DNA of 64,000 bases, taken from assembly GCA_039621445.1 (NCBI GenBank), contig CP154954.1, forward strand, positions 46,603,847 through 46,667,846. The letters run 5' to 3'. The notes under the pieces are model-generated. The model made no database searches, was not told the origin of the DNA, and saw nothing but the letters and a program-made list of their open reading frames with translations. Shown here in pieces: positions 59,064-64,000 of the stretch. The position numbers were made by a program, and so were the translations under genes. Origin of the DNA: Euglena gracilis (Eukaryota). Position 1 is the stretch's first letter. Each line of letters starts with the position of its first letter.

Positions 59064-62000
59064 TGTTTCACACCCGTGCTGCCATGTCCCCCGGCAGCAC
59101 TGGGGTGAAGCGGAAACCCCCGCCCCGGGCCAGTTTCCGGCGTAGGATCGTTTTTTGGCTCCTCGAGACGACTTGTGTCGGAAATTTCTTCCCATTCTGG
59201 CCCCCCCTGTGGCCGAAACTGGGCCATCATTTCCAAGGAGGAACTTCCCAGTGGACCCTCCCCGACCCCTGAGGGGGGTGTCACTGGGATCTCCAAGGGG
59301 GGTGCCTTTGGGGTTTCAACCCCTCCCTGCTCAGCTGAACCAGTGAGAGCCAACACCCCCCCCTGGGTGTCATTTCTCACAGTTTCTGGGCCAAAAAGGG
59401 GGTTTTGGGGTGAAAAATGGCCTGTGGTTGCCTGAGTTGAGGAGTCCCTCCCCCCTGCCCCTTTTCCCACAGATGAGGTGGGGGGAAGACAAACCTCACC
59501 TTCTTCAAATGACTGATTGTTTTGTTGATCTTCCATTTGCAATTGAAATTCCAAATTCAATACTTGATTGTAATTGAATTGCCACAAAAAGTACAATGGT
59601 GCAACCGGTAAAGAGGAAAACCCTGTGAAAAGAAAGTGATTTTGATGCCCTTGATGGGCAGTTAAATTTAGGATTGAGTGCGCTGATTCCTAAGCGCTCT
59701 CAAATCCCAAATCCTTGCCCATTGCATCAAAATCAACCAACCCAGGTCAAAATCAAGGTTCCCCCCCTTGATTTTGATAAATTATGCTGAATTCCATCAT
59801 TATTGAGCTTTGCAAATCCCTACAAAAGCTCCAGGAACTCAGGCGCCAATCTCAGAAAAATCTGTTCCAACCGCCTGCAAGCGCTCTCACCAAATCCAAC
59901 ATTTTCCCTTAAAACCAAAGGAAAAATGCATAAAAAGCTTAAAAATATGCTAAATGGACCCAAAATGACCATTTGGGAATACCTAGCGTCACTCAATCTC
60001 TCTCCTTGCACAACCAAACCATGGGCGCCCTAGGAGAGGGAATTTTAATGGAAATCTTTAGAAAGCCTTAAAATTAGAGCTAAACTGCCCTTAAAAAGGC
60101 CTTCTAAAGAGGAAAAACTCCGCCGCCCGGCGGTCGACCTCAAAAGGTCGTCACTCCCCCCATTGCGACGAAAGTCGGGGGTTTCACCCCCCCCCTCCTT
60201 CTCGCTTTCCTTGGGATGGGAATGAAAGACACTTTGAATTTTTGCAACGCAATTTGGACAACATTGTTCGGCAACGTGCATAGGTGGTGGCGTAACGGTG
60301 AGGAGGAATCTATAACCCATAGATCCCGTTCCACCACACCGAGCAACCCCCCCCCACGGTTCTCACCACCGTGAAGGAAATGGGGGCCCAACACCACTCA
60401 AAAAAATCCTTTCTTGAATGGATAAAAATCAGCCCCCCCCCCACGGTATTCCCAACCGTGAAGGGGATGGAGGGTCCATTATCACCAAAAATCCTTTCGG
60501 TGATAGATGAAAATCAGCCCCCCCCCCCCCGAGGGGAAGGCCTTGGGGAAAAACCCCCCCCCCCCCCCGCTGAGAGTAGGGCTTGCATTTCCCCCCCCCC
60601 CCCCCCCCGAGGGGAAAGACTTGGGGAAATGATTCTCCCCCCCCGGTGAGAGGAGGGCTTGACTTGCCCCCCCCCGAGGGGGAAGACTTGGGGAAATGAT
60701 TGCCCCCCCCTGGCGAGAGGTGGGCTTGACTTGCCCCCACCCCCCCGAGGGGAAAGCCTTGGGCAACCGCCCCCCCCCCCAGGCAAAGGGAGGGCTTGCC
60801 TTCCCCCCCCCCCCCGCTGGCTGGGAGGTTGAAAAAGACAATTCATTACCTTTTTTTTTTAGAAGAAATAACATAGCCCCCCCCCCCCCGATCAAGCCGA
60901 CCGGGGTTTCGGGCTCCACTTGCCCAAAGGTGGGGGGTATGATTGTACAACCCAATCAAACCGATTGGAGAAAAGGACTCCCCCACGACTGTCACCGACC
61001 CGTGAGCAGGGAGAAATGAAAAATTACAGATGCCTCTTTCTTGAAAACAGGTGCGAAAACAGGTGTAGTGGTCAGAGCGAGTTGCAAACGGCAGACGGCA
61101 AAGTTACCATCTCCGCATGTTCATACATCAACTCCACCTCCTCGTCCATCAATACCAAAAATCAGCTGCTTCAGCCTTGTTGATGGACCTGAGTAGACAG
61201 ACGAAACGGGACCACACCAAAAATACAACCAAAATCCCAATAATACAACAATACACCATCACCAATGGATAAATTCAACACCATGACGGTGGACGGGCAA
61301 TAATGCCCCCAAGTGGTGATGGTCGCCAAAGCCATGGACTCGACAATTTTTGTTGTTGTTCAAGTCGATGGGCTTCGGCGTCTTCCTTGGGTGCCGGTTT
61401 GCCTTCCCTTAGTGTGGTGGCAAACCATGCACACCGAAAATTTAGCAATGTGGCTTAGCCCAGCCAAACCGACGGGGCAACCTCAAAGCCACATTGTTAT
61501 TAACCCCCCCTCCAATACTTGGAGAAGGTTGTCAAAAGAACAAACCCTCGGTTGTGCTTCCGGTGGTTTGTCCTCTTTAAGAATTTTTGGTGAAACTTCC
61601 AAACCGGAATCCACCCACAACAACATAAACAAAACGGGTGGCAATCATGCACTCATTCAACGTTTCGCTTTTGTTGTTGTTGGCAATCTCCCTTCCCGTT
61701 CCAGGGTGGGATCCTTTGTTTGGAAATCACCCACCCGTGCAAAAAATAAGATCCCGGGCTAGTTTCCGCCTAGCCACGAGAATCTTTCGTTCACCCGTGA
61801 AATCCTTTCACGGGAGTTCAATGGAAAATGACAGAAAAATCAACGGGGCAATGAAATATCCTCGATTGCCCACACCATTCTCACCCAAACCAGGGTGTGG
61901 TGGTGTTTGAAGATTTCAGGGAGAAATAAAAAATGAAATCAATGACGAGGAAACTCCCGTCATTTTCCCAGGGCCTCAGCCCTGTGATGGTGTCCACCTG

Positions 62001-64000
62001 CATCTGTGAAGGGGCATAGAGTGGGACCTCCCCCTCCCCAGGCAACCACCCCAGGCCCTTTTCACCTCTCCTTTCCCCCTTTTCTCAGGTTGCCGTTGCC
62101 TTTAAATCCTTAGAGACATCCAACGGCAACCCTTTTCCCAGGCAATACGCTATTACGTCACTATTATACTCCTGGAAAAAATGTTCCACCGGTTCCCAAT
62201 TCTCCTCCTCAAACCCTTGCCACTTCGTTAAGAAAAACATTTTTCCCTTAACGAACTTGTGGTTTAGGATTTTATCCACTAACCAGGTATCTGAGGCACC
62301 TTCCGCCTCAGGTACCGTACGCCGGTGGATAAATAGGGGGATAGGCTTATCAGATGTGGGGTCCTCCACATACACCTTCAAAGCCTTCCGATGGGCCTTC
62401 ATAATATAGTCCGGTTTAACCTCAATTAGGTAGGAGTGAATTCCCTCCCTCGCGGTAACCTTGCAAGGGCCCAACCAACGGGAATCCAATTTTGTGCCAC
62501 TATCGGGGGGTCTCAGGTACCACACCAGATTCCCCACCTCCAATGGCTCCCAACCGTCTAAACCACGGTTGGCCCGAGCACATTGCTTGGCATGCAAATT
62601 ATTCATTTTGCCAGCCACTACGAAATCAGTTTCTCTTTGCCGAGAGAAAAATGATCTGGCATCTTCACAATCCCTTAACGGTTCATAAGGTAAACCACCC
62701 AATGAACGGTGTCGACCGAACAAGATTTGAAATGGGCTTAGGCCACTCTCCCCCGGCGTGTCATGGATACGGTCTAGTGCTTGGGGGAGGGCTTCAACCC
62801 AATTCAACTTGTCCTCAACCTGAATTTTCTTAAGCCGTTCCATTATTTGTTGGCCAGCCCTCTCCGCCCTACCATCAGCCTGGTGATGGTAGGCCTGGGA
62901 ATAGGCTTGCCTAATTCCCATCAAGGCACACATTGTCTGCCACCAACCGGCGACAAAATGTGAGCCTAGATCGGAAGTAATAATGGATGGGACACCAAAG
63001 GTCTCCAAGCATGCAACAGCATTTGCTTGGCTGCCTTGGCTCCCGTAAATCCTTTTGCTAGGTGGGGGATCGCCACTATCCAACCGGAGTGACGATCCAC
63101 ACACACAAGCATGGAGTCGTAAGAATTGCCTTCCCACTCCACGAGAGGCATGCTAAACATGTCAAGGGCCACCGAATACATTACGGCTGGGGGTATGGGT
63201 GTAGATTCCACTAAACCCTTAAGACTCGCCGGCCTTCGGCACGCTTGGCAAGTCCCACAAAGGCCCATGACTCCTTTAGCAAAATCTCGAGCGAGTGAGG
63301 AATCAGCCCAATCATACCTAAGGGACATGCATTCCCATAGCCTTGGGAATCCCACATGCCCTTGGTATGAGTGGTGATCTCGAATGAGTTTTTCTTGGAG
63401 AGATTTGGGCACACAAAGCCTCTCCTCGAAAAACATTTTGTCACCAAAAACTTTGATATTTTCAGGCCACGGCACCTTTGAATCCTGGGTAGCGTGAAAA
63501 ATTGGTGACCAACGGGGACATTTTAAATATTCCTCCCTCCACGATAAATACCACACAGAACCAGGGGGGATGGGTGAGGAATCGGTTGTAGAAGTGGCTT
63601 CCCCACCCTCACCACTCAAACCACCTGAAGACAACACAGGTGATTCTCGGTCTGCCCCAGGTACCTCAGTGGTAGCCGCGGCAGCAGGTTCAGGGGTTGG
63701 CGTCGTTGGCGAAGCTGGTATAGAAGTGGGTGTCAATCGAAAATGCTCCCCCCTTGGCTCTTGGACCTCCTCCACAAGACTTGTCTCATTCCCAAACTCG
63801 TCAACCCGAGTTGAGAATGAAACATGTTTTCCTTTTTCTCCCTTGGGGGTGGAGGTTGAACCCAAACCCTGGGGTTTTGTTCCTCCAAGTGGTTCTGACT
63901 TCCTATCCCCCGGTCGTGTGCACCGTCCACTCGCGTCCCCGGACCCCGTGGTAGCACCACCCCGTGTGGTGACTCCACCAATGTATGTGTTGGCTGTGGT
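59064..64000 (-). mobile_element. Duplicate of element B, 3' part (3' LTR 59064-60153, PPT, minisatellite ~60517-60815, integrase-chromodomain 62085-63865)
   Basis: Same CACG insertion site (59060-59063) and the same integrase frameshift as the first copy. Confidence 0.93.

Larger units (their letters stand above)
42389..64000. repeat. Large tandem segmental duplication, block 2 (two C sub-units; runs off window)
   Basis: Colinear with 5960-~33720 minus one 6.24-kb sub-unit. Confidence 0.9.

Noticed and set aside
546-63981. Most short ORFs in the supplied track as independent genes
   Set aside because: They are antisense or off-frame shadows of gag/pol or LTR sequence and recur only because the DNA is duplicated.

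Overview
Eukaryotic, entirely transposon-derived window with no host genes, RNA genes or CRISPR seen. It is a nest of Ty3/Gypsy LTR retrotransposons from two related families, both carrying a compact C5 cytosine DNA methyltransferase (DNMT) between Gag and the aspartic protease. Element B (28796-41862, minus strand, 13.07 kb) is structurally complete but probably inactive. It has two ~1.09-kb TG...CA LTRs, a PBS, a PPT, a 4-bp TSD (CACG), a long ORF1/Gag that starts inside the 5' LTR, and DNMT-PR-RT-RNase H-integrase-chromodomain. B sits in the integrase Zn-finger of element C (plus strand, degraded), whose RT was also hit by a 451-bp solo-LTR-like insert (TSD GGGT). The gag-DNMT-PR part of C is tandemly amplified as a ~6.24-kb unit, and the whole nest is tandemly duplicated from 42389 onward (3 sub-units in block 1, 2 in block 2). 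The window therefore holds six DNMT domains: one with intact motifs and five frameshifted. In both families Gag ends in UAG-G followed by a predicted pseudoknot resembling the MLV readthrough signal. Positions 1-6787 hold two copies of a third LTR-like repeat and degraded orphan ORFs with Cys/His motifs. Everything was read by eye; no searches were run, the host is unknown, and many frameshifts sit in homopolymers and may be sequencing errors.
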